Assembly: GCA_030248215.1 (NCBI GenBank)
Contig: JASANG010002509.1
Span: 310,001-374,000 of the forward strand
Reading direction: 5' to 3'
Length of the DNA stretch: 64,000 bases
From: Enoplolaimus lenunculus
Taxonomy: Eukaryota
Shown piece after piece: positions 28,501 through 38,475 of the stretch (position 1 is its first letter; the number at the start of each line of letters is the position of its first letter). The notes below the pieces were generated by a model. That model was not told the DNA's origin. It did no database searches and saw only the letters and a program-made list of their open reading frames with translations. The position numbers and the translations under genes were made by a program.

Positions 28501-31500
28501 CCCATTGAACTGGCGGCGACGAACATTTGTTCAGACTTTTAATTTGGCGTGAACTTCTTGGCAGATGAGAATTCATGTTGCCAAACAACCCAAGAAAATG
28601 ACTCAGATATGAAACTGTTGACTTTTTTTCGTAAATAATATTTAAAACAACTTTAAGCTATTAAACGTTAGTTTTTGGTCACGCTAATATTGTGAAAAAT
28701 TTGCTTTTCACAGGTGACTTATACGTTGTCGGAACAGCGAACGCGAAAACAATATTAGGCGGAAACGGCACACAAATCATTGGTCTCGCAGTTGAAGCAA
28801 CAGATGCAGGAAAGCCTCCGCGTCGAGCTACAACTTCAGTTCAAGTCCAAATTGTGCCAACAAGTAGTCAACAACAACCGGAATTCGAACGTGATTCGTA
28901 TTCGTAAGTTTGTGACTGAATTTAGTGACAGCGTTCGATGGGCTTCCAGGGCCAGTAAGCAAACGGGGAATGGGGAACTGAGTCTTTCCTAAAAAGCTGC
29001 ATCATAAGTTTCAATCTCAACTAAAAATTAGTCAAGCCAACGAACTAAAATTATTACGTTTAGAAAATTGCCATAGCAGCGAATTTTTGATCAACAGAAT
29101 ATGACCGCAAAAACGTTGGTCTGCTTGGCATATACACGCTAACAATGACCCCCCTTGTTATTCGGTTACGGACTGTTTTTGACCCACGCTCCGCCGCCCT
29201 TAGTTACTAATATATATCCGGTACTGCAACTATCCGTTGAATTAAACGTATATTTGTCTCGTTTCAGTAGTTTGAGCGATCATAAAAGGTTATACTTAAG
29301 AATGTACTTTCAAAATTTAAGTACGCTTTAAAGTTTCGACCTCAAATTATTTGGTACTGGAGTCATTTATGTGCTACAATTAGGGTTAATTGACATTTAT
29401 GGAATCTAATTAGGTTTTAGGGACGCTATCCGCTTACGGACTCTTATTAGGGATACGGGCTCGTATTGATTCGGACCCAAATTGGGGACCCCCGTCTTAT
29501 TCGGGTCAATAAAGCACAACACATATTCTTTTGAAGGTTGCCGCAAGCAAATACAAGAGTCACCGCCAAGACATAGGATATTCTTAGGAAAACGTTTTAT
29601 GAAAAGCTCATGGGTTACGCAATGGGTTTTTTAAACCTAAAGCTAAGGCTGTTGAAAGAAGTGTATAAGAGCCACAAAAGCATATGACAGACGTCATATC
29701 TTTACAGAAAGCGTAAAATCACGCAATATGACATATAAAACCAAGAAAACTATTCCGACAGACATGCGAAGATTTCACATGATTGTGACTAGCTGGACTA
29801 GACATTTTATATAGACAAAGGTAAAATCCATGGGGTTGAGTATCTATAGTCCCATATCGATACGGGCACGTTAGACCAAAATATGGAAGCTCCAGGACGT
29901 TAACAATCTCACCTTGCTACACTGCAAAAAAATGGTGAGTCAAATTGACTCTCTCCGAAATAGGCTCTACGGGACTACACAAACTGAGTCAAATTCGACT
30001 CCGCCAGAGTCAAATTCAACTCACTAGTTTCGTCGTCCGTTGAAGCCTTTCGCGCAGCTTCAAGGCCACACCAAAAGCCAGTTTTAAGTCTTGGAGTGGG
30101 GCGTAAATTTATTTTCAAGTTAGCTATAGCATACCTAAAAACTGCCAAAACCAGCCAGTTTTATAAGCACCAAAACTAAAGCAATAATCACATTTACGTT
30201 ACCACATAAGTAGTGGCACATATTACTGATGGGAAGGACTGTGCGAGTGAGTGCAACATAATATGTTTAATTACACACCAATTTAAACCTGGCCCTCACT
30301 AAAAAATATACTTAAAATTAAGTAAAACTGTTGCCGAATTAAGTGTCGGGTTTACTTACTATGGTGCTTGGCAAAGTTTTACTTAATTTTACGCAAACAC
30401 AAAATATTTACCTTTACATATTTAAAAAAGTTAGTAAAATATTACTATAGTATTTTAAGTAGAGTGTTTTTACAGAGTACAAGTTGCAACCAAACTGTGA
30501 AAAAATAACGAGCAATACTCTATACATAGAATAAGTTTTACACGTCATGTTTCAATGATTAATTGGCCTATATTATAATTTCTAGGTACTGGAAGCCCGC
30601 CAGTGCAGTCAGGATTTCAGAAAGAAGTCTTAAAGTTGTATAAAAATTTAAAACGAAAATCTTGCGTTACCAACTTAAAACTTTCCACAAAATTCCGCCA
30701 AAGAAAACACCAAGGAGAGTTTGACCCCTCGAGAATTGCCGACGTGAAATGTTTATATGCATGCAACATTTTACTGATATATGGCAGTTGATAGAAACTC
30801 ACTATAAGTTTCTAGTGGTCATGACTGGACCAACTAGCTATGCTTGTCACAAATGTTTCAAAATTTACTAACAAAAATCAATTCACTTTAGATGACACTG
30901 TATAACTCGCGATGACCGTAAATTTGGCTATTCGCCAAATTAATTGTTCATAATATCCTGCGTACGAGTAAAACATACCGTCAACGCATGATACTATATC
31001 ATAACGCTTTATCATTTCAGATTTGAAGCGCGTGAAGATTTAGTTGTGCACTCAATCATCGGAACGCTATCAACGCGCAAACGAGGCAACCGCCACATTT
31101 TATTTTCCATCCTCTCAGGCGATCACAATCGTTCGTTTTCCATCGACCACGCCGGTAATGTCATTCTCGAAAAACCATTAGATCGCGAACGGATACCTAG
31201 CTACTCGTTGCGCGCCAGTGTTCATACTAAAGCCAATTCGGTAGCTAACTCAACGGCGCGCGTTGCGATCATTGTCTCGGACGTCAACGATCATACGCCT
31301 GAGTTTTCAACGTCGAGGTATTTTACGGAAATTGGTGAAACTGCCGAAATAGGATCTAGTATATCGACGGTAAGTGCGCGCGATGCAGATATTGGACAGA
31401 ATGGACGAATTCGGTACGCAATAACGTCTGGTAACGACCGGGATCGTTTCGAAATTGGCGAGGTCAGTGGAGTGATAAGCGTCGCGAGGGCGTTGGACTA

Positions 31501-34500
31501 TGAAGCACGCCAGAGTTATAAGCTGCTTGTGCGAGCAACCGATTCTGGACATGTGCCCCGGTCCAGCCTGGCGACCGTATTTGTAGCGATTAAAGACGAA
31601 AATGATCATCAGCCGCATTTCACCAGCCCTGCGTATCGGGTACGTGTGCCAGAAAATACACCAAATCAAACGTTGTTGTTCACTGCGACTGCCACAGATC
31701 AAGATACCGGCCGCTATGGCAATATTACGTACTCAATACTGGAAGCCAGAATGAAGTCTGCAATCAAAGACCATTTTACCATCAACGCGTTGTCGGGCGA
31801 AATTAGATCCAAAGGTGTCTTTGATTTTGAATCACGGACCGCGTATTCGTTCACAATAGTCGCTACTGACGCTGGCGACCAGTCTTCCCACGTTCCGGCA
31901 CAAGTTTTGATATCGGGCGTTGATGAATTTGCGCCCCAGTTTTCTGTTCGCCACTATGTGTTCGCGGCGTCGTACGCTTCAGGTCCAGGCGATTTCGTGG
32001 GAGCAGTCTACGCGGATGATAAAGACGCAGGGTTTGACGGCCAGGTCCGCTACCGTCTGAAAGATGCATCTGTTTATTTTGAAATTCACGAGACTACCGG
32101 TGTCATTACTGTCGCGGCTCCGTTGGCACCGCTGGCCGAAGAGTTTCCAGTCGCGTCGTTGAATCCAGGCGGCGAGAACGAAAAGCGATCCAGGAGGCGT
32201 AGAAGGGTCGCGACGAACGGTTCTTATGATTGCGGAAATGGACCACAGAACAGTTATAGCTTTGGACAGTATTTGGTACCGAAACAAAACACGACAACTA
32301 CCGTATCAATGGTCGACCGAAGCTATCAAGCTGCCGAATCGTTCATTCGTACTATTATGGGCAAACATCAAAATAGTCGAGCACAAATTGGCGGCGAGGA
32401 ACCAAACGGAGCAACTCGACAGTCTCGAGCAGTAGCAGATACGGTGTCCGGGGATACTTTAGTTTTAGAATCCATTCAAAACCGCGAATCGCCAAGTTCT
32501 AACGCTGATAGAACAAGTCGTAAGCTTGGGCGTCAAAAACGACCCGATTCTACAAAAAGTCGGCTGGAAAAACGTCAAAACGCGCAAGCTGACTCCGACC
32601 GCGAACGAACTCCTCTGGTACGCAAAGTGTTCCTCACCGTCATCGCTCAATCTGGACCATTGGACGCTCCAAAACCAACGCGAACGTCAGTCGAAATTCA
32701 ACTAAGCCACGATCCAGTCGGAGGGGCAGCGGCGCATACTGCAGACTTGAGAATTGCAATTATTGCTACTGTTTGCGTTATACTGTTTCTGCTGATTTTG
32801 CTGTTAGTTTTATGCATTTGTGCTCGTCTCAATTTGTGCGTATGCTGTTGTAGTGGTCGAAAATCACGAAAGCGTTCAAGTAAGAAATCAACGTCGGCAC
32901 GATCGCATAACGAACAACAATTTCAACTCAGGAGCAGTGGTGGATCAAAGAAACCGCAAGCGTTCGCCGCATCGGGCGGCGGTGGTCCGTTACGTGGTAA
33001 CTTAAAACACTATACCAGTGTAAGTGGAAACGGCGACGGCCAGCCAATAAGATCAGCGCCACCGGGTCTTACTCAACCGTTTGATTCGCGATCGACGCAC
33101 GATGTTACGTACCACAGCGCCGCAACACCAAACGCCCACACGAAGGTGTCCGCAAAACCGCTGCTCGCAGTTCAAAATCGAACAGCAAACCTGGTTGGTT
33201 CCAAACAACCGAACGGCACCGCTATTCATGACGCGTCTCAACTGCGATCGAGTCCTGAGGAACGAGTACCATTAGCGACAAAAGTGAACCGACCTGCGGT
33301 ACCACGTCGACAATCGCCAGACGATAGTATGCCACAAGAAAATTTGCCAGGGTTGTTTGTATCCAGAGACGTTGATGGCATTCCGAAACAGTCAGCTGGA
33401 AGTAACGCACTGACAAGTTTCACCAATTTGTCAGCGTCAAACTGTGGTCAGTCATCCGGCCGCGGCTCAGATCAACTAGATAGCAGTGGTGACAATTGTA
33501 GCGATATTTGGCAACAACAACAACAACACGCGAGGCAACGGTCTTTCCAAACCCCGGCGTCTACAACCAACCGTCTTGAGTCAGGCACCCGGCTTCGAAG
33601 TGCACCAGATTCAGGCATTCACGTTCTGTCACCTGACGATTGTGGTTCGCTAGCTGGATCTGAGTTTCAAGCTGGCCAAGAATACCTAAGCAATCTTGGC
33701 GTAGCGTCAGCGAGTGGAACAGGACAAGAGGATGAAACTGGTTTATACGGAGCGCGAAGCACAGTTCGGGCAACACCAACCAGTCAATCGTCAGCGAGAA
33801 ATGTTGCACGACCCTATGCAGTCGTCGAAGCCCCGCAGTCGTTGCGGTATACTGAAAAGCAACAACAACAGCAGCAGCAACTACAACAACAACGACAACA
33901 ACAACAACAGTCAAACCAGAAACAATTACATGGGCATCCGCCAAAACTTAGCCAGACAATTTCTAGTCCTTGCGAAGAACAGCCAACCACTCGTATGGGT
34001 AATTTTTCAGAATTCCGCTATTCAAACGTACGACATGGACAAATGAACGAACTACATAAGGGTGACCAAGAAAATGACGACATCGATATGCAGAATATTA
34101 TATATTCAAAACTAAACGAAAGTAGCGACCAAGAACACGGGGTGCACCCCAGCCATAAGTCAAATGAATTATGGTCCCCGCCGTCAGACGCTGTCAAAGG
34201 TCTTGTGACATCATCAGGGACTCGTGTCCTTGGAATTGACTCCCCATCACGTGGAAGTCTCGCCGACGAGACTACTGCGTTTCCGTTCCCTCCAGTTGTG
34301 CCCTTGGTCAACGGCACACATCATGATAGCCCCAAACGCCGGCTGATGCCCTCACTAGACGCTAACGCAAATCAAATCTCAGCATCTCGACCAGAAACAA
34401 CTTGGGGTGAAACACCAGCGTACCAACCGCTATCTCAGGTATTTTCTGAAATTGTAAAAATGCAAGATTCTCACGATACGCAAAGGCGACTAAAACAAGC

Positions 34501-35320
34501 ATCAGCCAAAAGACCTCAGATTTTAGACGGCACAGGCTTAAGCCTGGCAGGCAATGCTTTACCCCGCGAGCCACGAGGTAATACACCTCGAATATCAGTT
34601 TCAAATATATCCAAACACATTAATGGTATAAACGGTTCGGACGACAGCGGTGCCATGACTTACAACGTTGCAGATGGTCGTAAAACGTCTCATTTGGGTT
34701 TGCCAAGCTCTCGAGCTTATTCGCCAAGGACTGCTGCCACTGAACCGGCATTCGCAAGAGTTGACTTAAACGCAAATCAAATTTTACCGACAGAACAGTC
34801 ACAATCATTCCAAAGTTTGTCTCAAACATCAAATGGTTTCCTGGCTTCTTCAACTGGTCCAACTACGAACGCGTATCCGGCTACAGAGTCACGGTTGGTT
34901 AGCAAACCAAAGACACCTTCTAGAACTCCGGGAGCCGCATTCCAGTATGACGGAGAACCGGCTAAACCTCCTGGTCACATATCGTCTAATGCCTCTTCCC
35001 ATCATCGTTATCACTGCCTATCACCACACGGCCTAACTGTCAATTATGGTACTCCTGATATTTCAAGTCAAGAACCAGTGTACGAACGGACTTCTTCGCA
35101 AATTTATCAACAAGCCACTCCTGTAAGTGCTTCCGATTACTCCTACTATGATTCAAATAATAATAGTAGCAAAAGTCCTGCAAAGGCACACCACCGACCA
35201 TCTGTTTATACTCCTGTTTCAAATGGTATCGACTCCATCGGAAATCAAAGGCTTCCAAGTGACACATGTATTCCTTCCGGCAAGCAATATTTAGGATCTG
35301 ATGTTGAAATTAAAATCTAA
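1283..35320 (+). CDS. DCHS1: Dachsous-like atypical cadherin (DCHS1/DCHS2/ds type); 23 visible exons, 5' part outside window; about 3220 aa visible
   Basis: Tandem cadherin repeats (PE, LDRE/LDYE, DxNDNxPxF, DxDxGxNG) join in frame across GT-AG exons 1283-1510, 2588-2763, 3605-3856, 5275-5445, 5807-6221, 6905-7183, 7766-8424, 9174-9406, 9924-10123, 11075-11332, 11721-11858, 18230-18442, 19564-19936, 20639-20890, 21683-21870, 22600-22779, 23563-23813, 24558-24840, 25519-25709, 26385-26480, 27801-27948, 28714-28903, 31021-35320. All phases are consistent. One TM follows directly with no EGF/LamG domains (so not Fat). The tail has Ds-type motifs SSGRGS, PDSGI, YQPLSQVFSEIVKMQD and C-terminal EIKI. 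Orthology to DCHS1 versus DCHS2 is not resolved. Confidence 0.92.
1679..1874. mobile_element. GC-rich palindromic MITE; related terminus at 7663-7678
   Basis: AGGGTTGCGCTATA ... TATGGCGTAACCT; 7663-7678 (AAAGTATAGCGCAACC) is the reverse complement of 1681-1696. Confidence 0.6.
1998..2165. mobile_element. Short GC-rich MITE (GGCCCGTAGC ends); relatives at about 8690-8855, 20440-20545 and 27630-27760
   Basis: AGGCCCGTAGCCAG ... TAGCTACGGGCC with G/C runs. Confidence 0.6.
2588..2763 (+). CDS. Dachsous exon
   Basis: tttAG; NGMVSYSIYAGDP...LDHD...YNHTQ; donor GTACGT. Confidence 0.88.
3291..3539. mobile_element. Related CACTG-terminated element
   Basis: CACTGTAAAT ... ATTTACAGTG termini; ACTCA/TGAGT-rich interior. 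Confidence 0.65.
3605..3856 (+). CDS. Dachsous exon
   Basis: VQIRISDVNDNPPQF...DKDSGANG...MDFETKT; donor GTAAGG. Confidence 0.9.
5275..5445 (+). CDS. Dachsous exon
   Basis: HYTLMVLADDGG...DSNDNPPVF...VVFE; donor GTACAA. Confidence 0.88.
5807..6221 (+). CDS. Dachsous exon
   Basis: VHASDADS...LDRE...DVNDNAP...DSET; donor GTTTGA. Confidence 0.9.
6627..6898 (+). mobile_element. TTAA/piggyBac-like family member
   Basis: Shares ACGTGAGAGCCCCTCGGGCTCGAGCGTCAAGCTCCTATAGCTGAGTGG and the right end CATGTGAGAAAGGGTTAA; left boundary approximate. Confidence 0.68.
6905..7183 (+). CDS. Dachsous exon
   Basis: MVYALKSLDHE...DVNDNAPFF...DPDAGNNG; donor GTGAGT. Confidence 0.9.
7766..8424 (+). CDS. Dachsous exon
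   Basis: ETQPFAIDQETG...LDYE...DVNDNAPMF...VPENVGIGQ; weak donor GTTCGG is in phase with the next exon. Confidence 0.85.
9174..9406 (+). CDS. Dachsous exon
   Basis: VIWTYNASDRDTGSNG...LDYE...VTS; donor GTTAGT. Confidence 0.88.
9924..10123 (+). CDS. Dachsous exon
   Basis: IYVTDINDNSPVF...DADWRDNG; donor GTAAAC. Confidence 0.9.
10203..10674 (+). mobile_element. Longer TTAA/piggyBac-like family member containing a tRNA-like segment
   Basis: TTAACATCTTCTCGCATA...AAGACGTGAGAACCCC...AATATTCATGTGAGAAAGGGTTAA. Confidence 0.65.
10250..10322 (+). pseudogene. tRNA-like sequence (SINE head or tRNA pseudogene)
   Basis: A-box TAGCTACGCGGTTAGAGC, anticodon arm GCGGA-CTGGTAA-TCCGT, B-box GGTTCGAACCC; acceptor stem does not pair. 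Confidence 0.6.
11075..11332 (+). CDS. Dachsous exon
   Basis: ALQFVR...ARDHGSP...DVSNNAPRF...VSED; donor GTATGT. Confidence 0.87.
11721..11858 (+). CDS. Dachsous exon
   Basis: KSSKIIYVF...TGEI...LDREERDEYVIT; donor GTAAGA. Confidence 0.88.
11920..15035. repeat. 28-bp minisatellite, about 110 copies, unit GTCAATGAGATCCATAAAGTTGTCCAGG
   Basis: Head-to-tail units read directly; lies in the Dachsous intron after exon 11721-11858; ends in a (TATG)n/(TA)n stretch. Confidence 0.97.
15402..15621. mobile_element. CACTG MITE nested in a GGCGGATCCA-type element (about 15277-15698)
   Basis: Same TIRs; flanked by TTGGCGGATCCAAG ... TCTGGATCCGCCACTG. Confidence 0.85.
16040..16195. mobile_element. CACTG MITE (a half copy also lies at about 15855-15960)
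   Basis: Same TIRs with TA flanks; inside a degenerate TTAA-element copy (TCTCACATG...GGAAGGGTTAA). Confidence 0.82.
17795..18066. repeat. (ATA/ATT)n imperfect trinucleotide microsatellite
   Basis: About 270 bp of ATA/ATT/GTA triplets; source of the spurious poly-Ile ORF. Confidence 0.95.
18230..18442 (+). CDS. Dachsous exon
   Basis: YAKEPAFP...DVNDHTP...DGDTGDNA; donor GTCAGT. Confidence 0.9.
19069..19482. mobile_element. hAT-like MITE (CAGGGTGCAACC TIR, 8-bp TSD)
   Basis: CAGGGTGCAACC...GGTTGCACCCTG; TSD GCCAGTAC/GTCAGTAC; internal CCGGAA repeats. Confidence 0.85.
19564..19936 (+). CDS. Dachsous exon
   Basis: GNNDGKF...LDRE...DVNDNAPLF...DPDLGSSG; donor GTAAGC. Confidence 0.9.
20144..20332. 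mobile_element. GGCC-terminated MITE with TTAGGC/GCCTAA array and 8-bp TSD (Merlin-like)
   Basis: GGCCAATGTAAAGA...TCTTTACATGGGCC; TSD AATAGTTT. Confidence 0.82.
20639..20890 (+). CDS. Dachsous exon
   Basis: PIDYE...DRNDHEPQF...DRDGPGGNS; donor GTAGGT. Confidence 0.9.
21020..21290 (+). mobile_element. TTAA/piggyBac-like element with tRNA-like boxes
   Basis: TTAACCACTTCTCACAT...TAGCTGAGTGG...GGAGTTCGAATCCT...CATGTGAGATAGGG. Confidence 0.75.
21683..21870 (+). CDS. Dachsous exon
   Basis: FVDPFPAQFNINSETG...ASDSGKP; donor GTAAAT. Confidence 0.87.
21928..22265. mobile_element. TIR element (ACTGTAGTGACCCGAATAAGA); related copy at about 29150-29510
   Basis: Inverted termini; about 250 bp of shared interior between the two copies. 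Confidence 0.7.
22600..22779 (+). CDS. Dachsous exon
   Basis: SDQNGLRF...ISEN...YSLIAGN; donor GTAAAC. Confidence 0.87.
23563..23813 (+). CDS. Dachsous exon
   Basis: TIRVRN...DANDNQPEF...FVMQ; donor GTATAA. Confidence 0.88.
24067..24281. mobile_element. CACTG MITE
   Basis: Same family; the left end is locally tandem-duplicated (about 24025-24090). Confidence 0.82.
24558..24840 (+). CDS. Dachsous exon
   Basis: VTAFDADSGQN...LDRE...DENDNEPTF; donor GTTTGT. Confidence 0.9.
25127..25324. mobile_element. CACTG MITE (half copies also at about 29920-30025 and 54490-54593)
   Basis: Same TIRs. Confidence 0.85.
25519..25709 (+). CDS. Dachsous exon
   Basis: TPLGTHVATVTANDVD...FSIDRFSGRI...LDYE; donor GTAAGT. 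Confidence 0.9.
25970..26048 (+). pseudogene. tRNA-like SINE head related to the 10250 copy
   Basis: TAGCTTAGTGGGTTAGAGCAGCGGAC...GGGGTTTCGAGCCCC. Confidence 0.55.
26385..26480 (+). CDS. Dachsous exon (not in ORF track)
   Basis: VSDAVHEASTQLKIVVEDDNDNTPHFTHHFYQ; ttcAG acceptor, GTAAAA donor. Confidence 0.88.
27801..27948 (+). CDS. Dachsous exon
   Basis: VSLPEDT...DMDSGDNG; donor GTGAAA. Confidence 0.88.
28714..28903 (+). CDS. Dachsous exon
   Basis: DLYVVG...ATDAGKPP...PEFERDSY; donor GTAAGT. Confidence 0.88.
31021..35320 (+). CDS. Dachsous terminal exon (last cadherin repeats, TM about 32753-32826, cytoplasmic tail)
   Basis: 4.3-kb open frame after tttcAG at 31019-31020; cadherin repeats, hydrophobic IAIIATVCVILFLLILLLVLCI, tail ending SDVEIKI*. 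Confidence 0.93.
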
Positions 35321-35946
35321 TTAATTTTTGTACTATAATGATAAACGTATTAGCTAAATATAAGCCTAAGTAACGTAATGTTTAAAGTATGTGCCCATAT
35401 TATCAAATATGTGTAGCACCTGTCACCAGTTGGTGGCGTACGTCCTGTATTAAGTCTTGAACCAGCTTATGCAAAGTTTTCAAATGTGGCACATTTTTCC
35501 TACTTGCGATCTGAATTTCAAATCCGCAGTTGCTGCTGTTGGCTTACTTCATACCTAAAGCCAACTGCTAATTAGGTGCTGTTCACAATTGAAAACAGGG
35601 GGGGTTATAACTACTTTTATCGTTTTGTATCCGACGAAAAATAACAGTATTTTTTAACGGGACTGAAATTAAAACGACGCAAACTAGATTTTTTAACAAA
35701 CGGTTTACTAAAGAGATTTATAAATTGTTTTTCAATATTTGTGAAATTTTTCATCGAAATCTCACAAGTGCAAAATGTATTAATGGAGCTGTCGACAGGT
35801 CACCGGTTGTTTTCTGCTTTATTGGTAGTTTCTGTGCCATCATATACTCTACTAAAATATTTACAGTACGTTTGCAATATATATATCAATTGGTGAAATG
35901 CAAGTAGTAATCTTTGACTGAATATTTTGCAGTTTTTGCACGCGTT

Positions 35947-36211
35947 TTAACTGTTTCTCACATGAATATTTTTTCATGAGACCTACTTTTATGCTAGGAT
36001 TCGAACTCCAGTGACTGCAGTGGGAGGCGTATACCATCACCACTCAGCTATAGCAGCTTGACGCTCGAGCCCGAGGGGGCTGTCACGTCTTGTGGTGATT
36101 TAGTACTATGTAAAAGTGTTGCAATTGTTAAACACAGTGCGATATATACTATTTAACGTATATACACTGCGCTGAGTTGCATACAGGCAACTCAATGTGA
36201 GAAGGGGTTAA
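35947..36211 (-). mobile_element. TTAA-flanked piggyBac-like non-autonomous element with internal tRNA-like A/B boxes
   Basis: TTAA-C..TTTCTCACATG ... ATGTGAGAAGGGG-TTAA; reverse complement of the copy at 21020-21290. Confidence 0.75.
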
Positions 36212-37799
36212 TATAGAAATCATATTTTGTTTGAGCAAAATAGTAATTGAATAGAAAATTTTGAAAATGAGGTTTGCGATTGATTAGAAGAAAGTACATA
36301 TTTTCGAAAACCAAATTCACGGGTCGATTTGATGACAGTTACAGAATAACGAAAATTTCACAAAGCATATACCATCCATACCGATTGTTCAAAAATTGTC
36401 AGTAGTTCTACTCATCGTTTATTGTGTTGAAAACAAATAGGGCTTTGCGTGCGTGCCAAGGTTCTAGCGGAAATCCGATTCTGGATAAAATTACGATAAA
36501 ATTTATATTCCGATTCCTACCGGATGCTATTCCGATGCCGGAATTCCAATTTTTCGGTTATGACCTTTTAAAAGATGCGATGGAACTGAGATTTTGCTTG
36601 TTGTTTCGTTCGTTTGCAAATCTGTTTTTTTCTTAGTAAAAGTATTCTCATTTGTTAGTTGGAGAGCATCTAGCATAGCGACCGATTCCGCTGATTATCG
36701 AAATGTAATTACAATTAAAAACGTTCAGTTTTTACGTTTAACGAGTGACAAAAACTAATCACAAATATATTCCCTCAGAAAGTTTTTTTGTAAACAAACG
36801 ATAAATCCAAACCTTACAATTTTCCCCTCAGAAATTTTGTGTCAAAAGTGATAAGGGTCGTTTACCTTACAATTTTTCTCCTCAGAAAGTATTTCAAAAT
36901 AATGATAAATGCCCTACCTTACAATTTTTTGGCCCATGTTTAATAATAAGGGCTTGCCCACTGGGACACTAGGAGACTGAGACAATGGGAGACTGGGACA
37001 CTAGGAGTTTGGGAGATTAGGATACTGGGAGTGTGAAATTTTTAGTGCACGCTTATGCTTTGGTTTCTGTATAACCATACACTTATGCTTACGTATGTAG
37101 GACAGGCTTAATGATTTTTGTTCGACTCGCGTTCTTTTCCCGCCATGCAGGAATAAGCTAGTTCGTATGGTTTAAGTTTCTTTTTCACAACTACAAATCA
37201 TAAAAAATAACTCAGATGTCGTACCGTTAAAGCATATATAGTTTTGGGGTAGTTAATAGCTTTCGTGTACTTTTGTTTTTGTAAACTCTGATGGGTATCT
37301 GCAGCCAAATTGCCATAAAAATATCTACGTTTGCCATATTTTGTATTGACGGCAATTGGTAAGGCATTTTTAAGAGACAAGTTATAGAATTCATTGACCG
37401 AGTGCGATTAGAAACTAGTTTTGGAAATATGTACACAAAGCCAGCCACGTTTTCCATTAAATCTCCGAGGGGTCCGAGTAGGGGCGTCCGCAGAAAATTA
37501 TATTTTGGGAACACCGAATTTCATAGGGGCCCAATTGCTGTGCAGATCATATTTGAAAATTGCTTCATGTAATAGGTTTTAATTTTACGCATACAAGTGC
37601 GTGAAATAATACATTGCCTTATTTTCTGACTTATGCTTAGTCTTATGCTTAGATTAAGCCTAGGCTTAAACTTAGACTCAGTTTGGCTTCGACAAAACGT
37701 TAGCTTTAGGCTTGATTTTGCTACACTTAGCTTAGGCTTAAACTTATGCTTAGAATTAGGCTTCCATTTTGGCTTAGCCTCTAAACTGGCAGATTGAGA

Positions 37800-37995
37800 T
37801 AATGTGACAATGGTAGACTGGGAAAGTTACAGACTGAGGCACTGGGGGCCTGAGACAGTTCGAGACTGTTGGTACTATTCGGTCTGCACGACCCCTGTTT
37901 AAAGTTTTGCCCAAAGTTAATGATCACACCGGAAATCGAGCCTCGGCCCTCTTGCTTTCGAGCCAAGCATGCTACCGCTACACCACGCGGTCATT
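37800..37995 (-). mobile_element. Probable tRNA-derived SINE
   Basis: The - strand reads GACCGCGTGGTGTAGCGGTAGCATGCTTGGCTCGAAAGCAAGAGGGCCGAGGCTCGATTTCCGGTGTGATC (A/B boxes), followed by a body; 3' boundary approximate. Confidence 0.5.
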
Positions 37996-38475
37996 GCAGC
38001 AACTTCTTATACTGGTATATGTACACAGGCATGTTTATTTCATTTCAATATCCGGTTACGCCCTGCCCAGCACTATTGAAGCAGTTGCACAATAAAATTC
38101 TTTGTTTAGAATAGTATATTTTACGCTCATAGCAATCAGAGTGTGACTTAGGGTACGGCCCTTAGAGCAACAAGTTTATCAAGTGCTTGAGAAACGAAAA
38201 TTGAGGTTTGGAAACCCCAAAAAGCGTGATCGCGTTTCGGACATCCGAAATAGAAAACTTAATTTCGGATACCTGGATAATATTCGTATAAAAATATCCC
38301 GCAAGAATTTCGAATAAATATCCGGCAAGAATTGCTGGATATGAAAAAATATCCGATGCCCATCACTACGTTACAGAAAAATTAATTTTTTAACGCTATT
38401 TTAATAAACGTACTGGATCCAGAGGTGAGGCGAAATTATGATGAATTAGTTAATTTTAGCCAATAACTAAGTAAT

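Noticed and set aside
31307..35267. Antisense and alternate-frame ORFs overlapping the Dachsous terminal exon
   Set aside because: These are shadows of a long coding exon with no recognisable motifs.
31046..35320. 1424-aa ORF as a stand-alone gene
   Set aside because: It starts at a GTG inside a cadherin repeat, has no signal peptide, and splices in phase to upstream exons through the acceptor at 31020.
1283..35320. Fat, Flamingo/CELSR or clustered protocadherin identity
   Set aside because: There are no EGF/LamG/GPCR domains before the single TM, far more than 6-7 repeats, and Ds-specific tail motifs are present.
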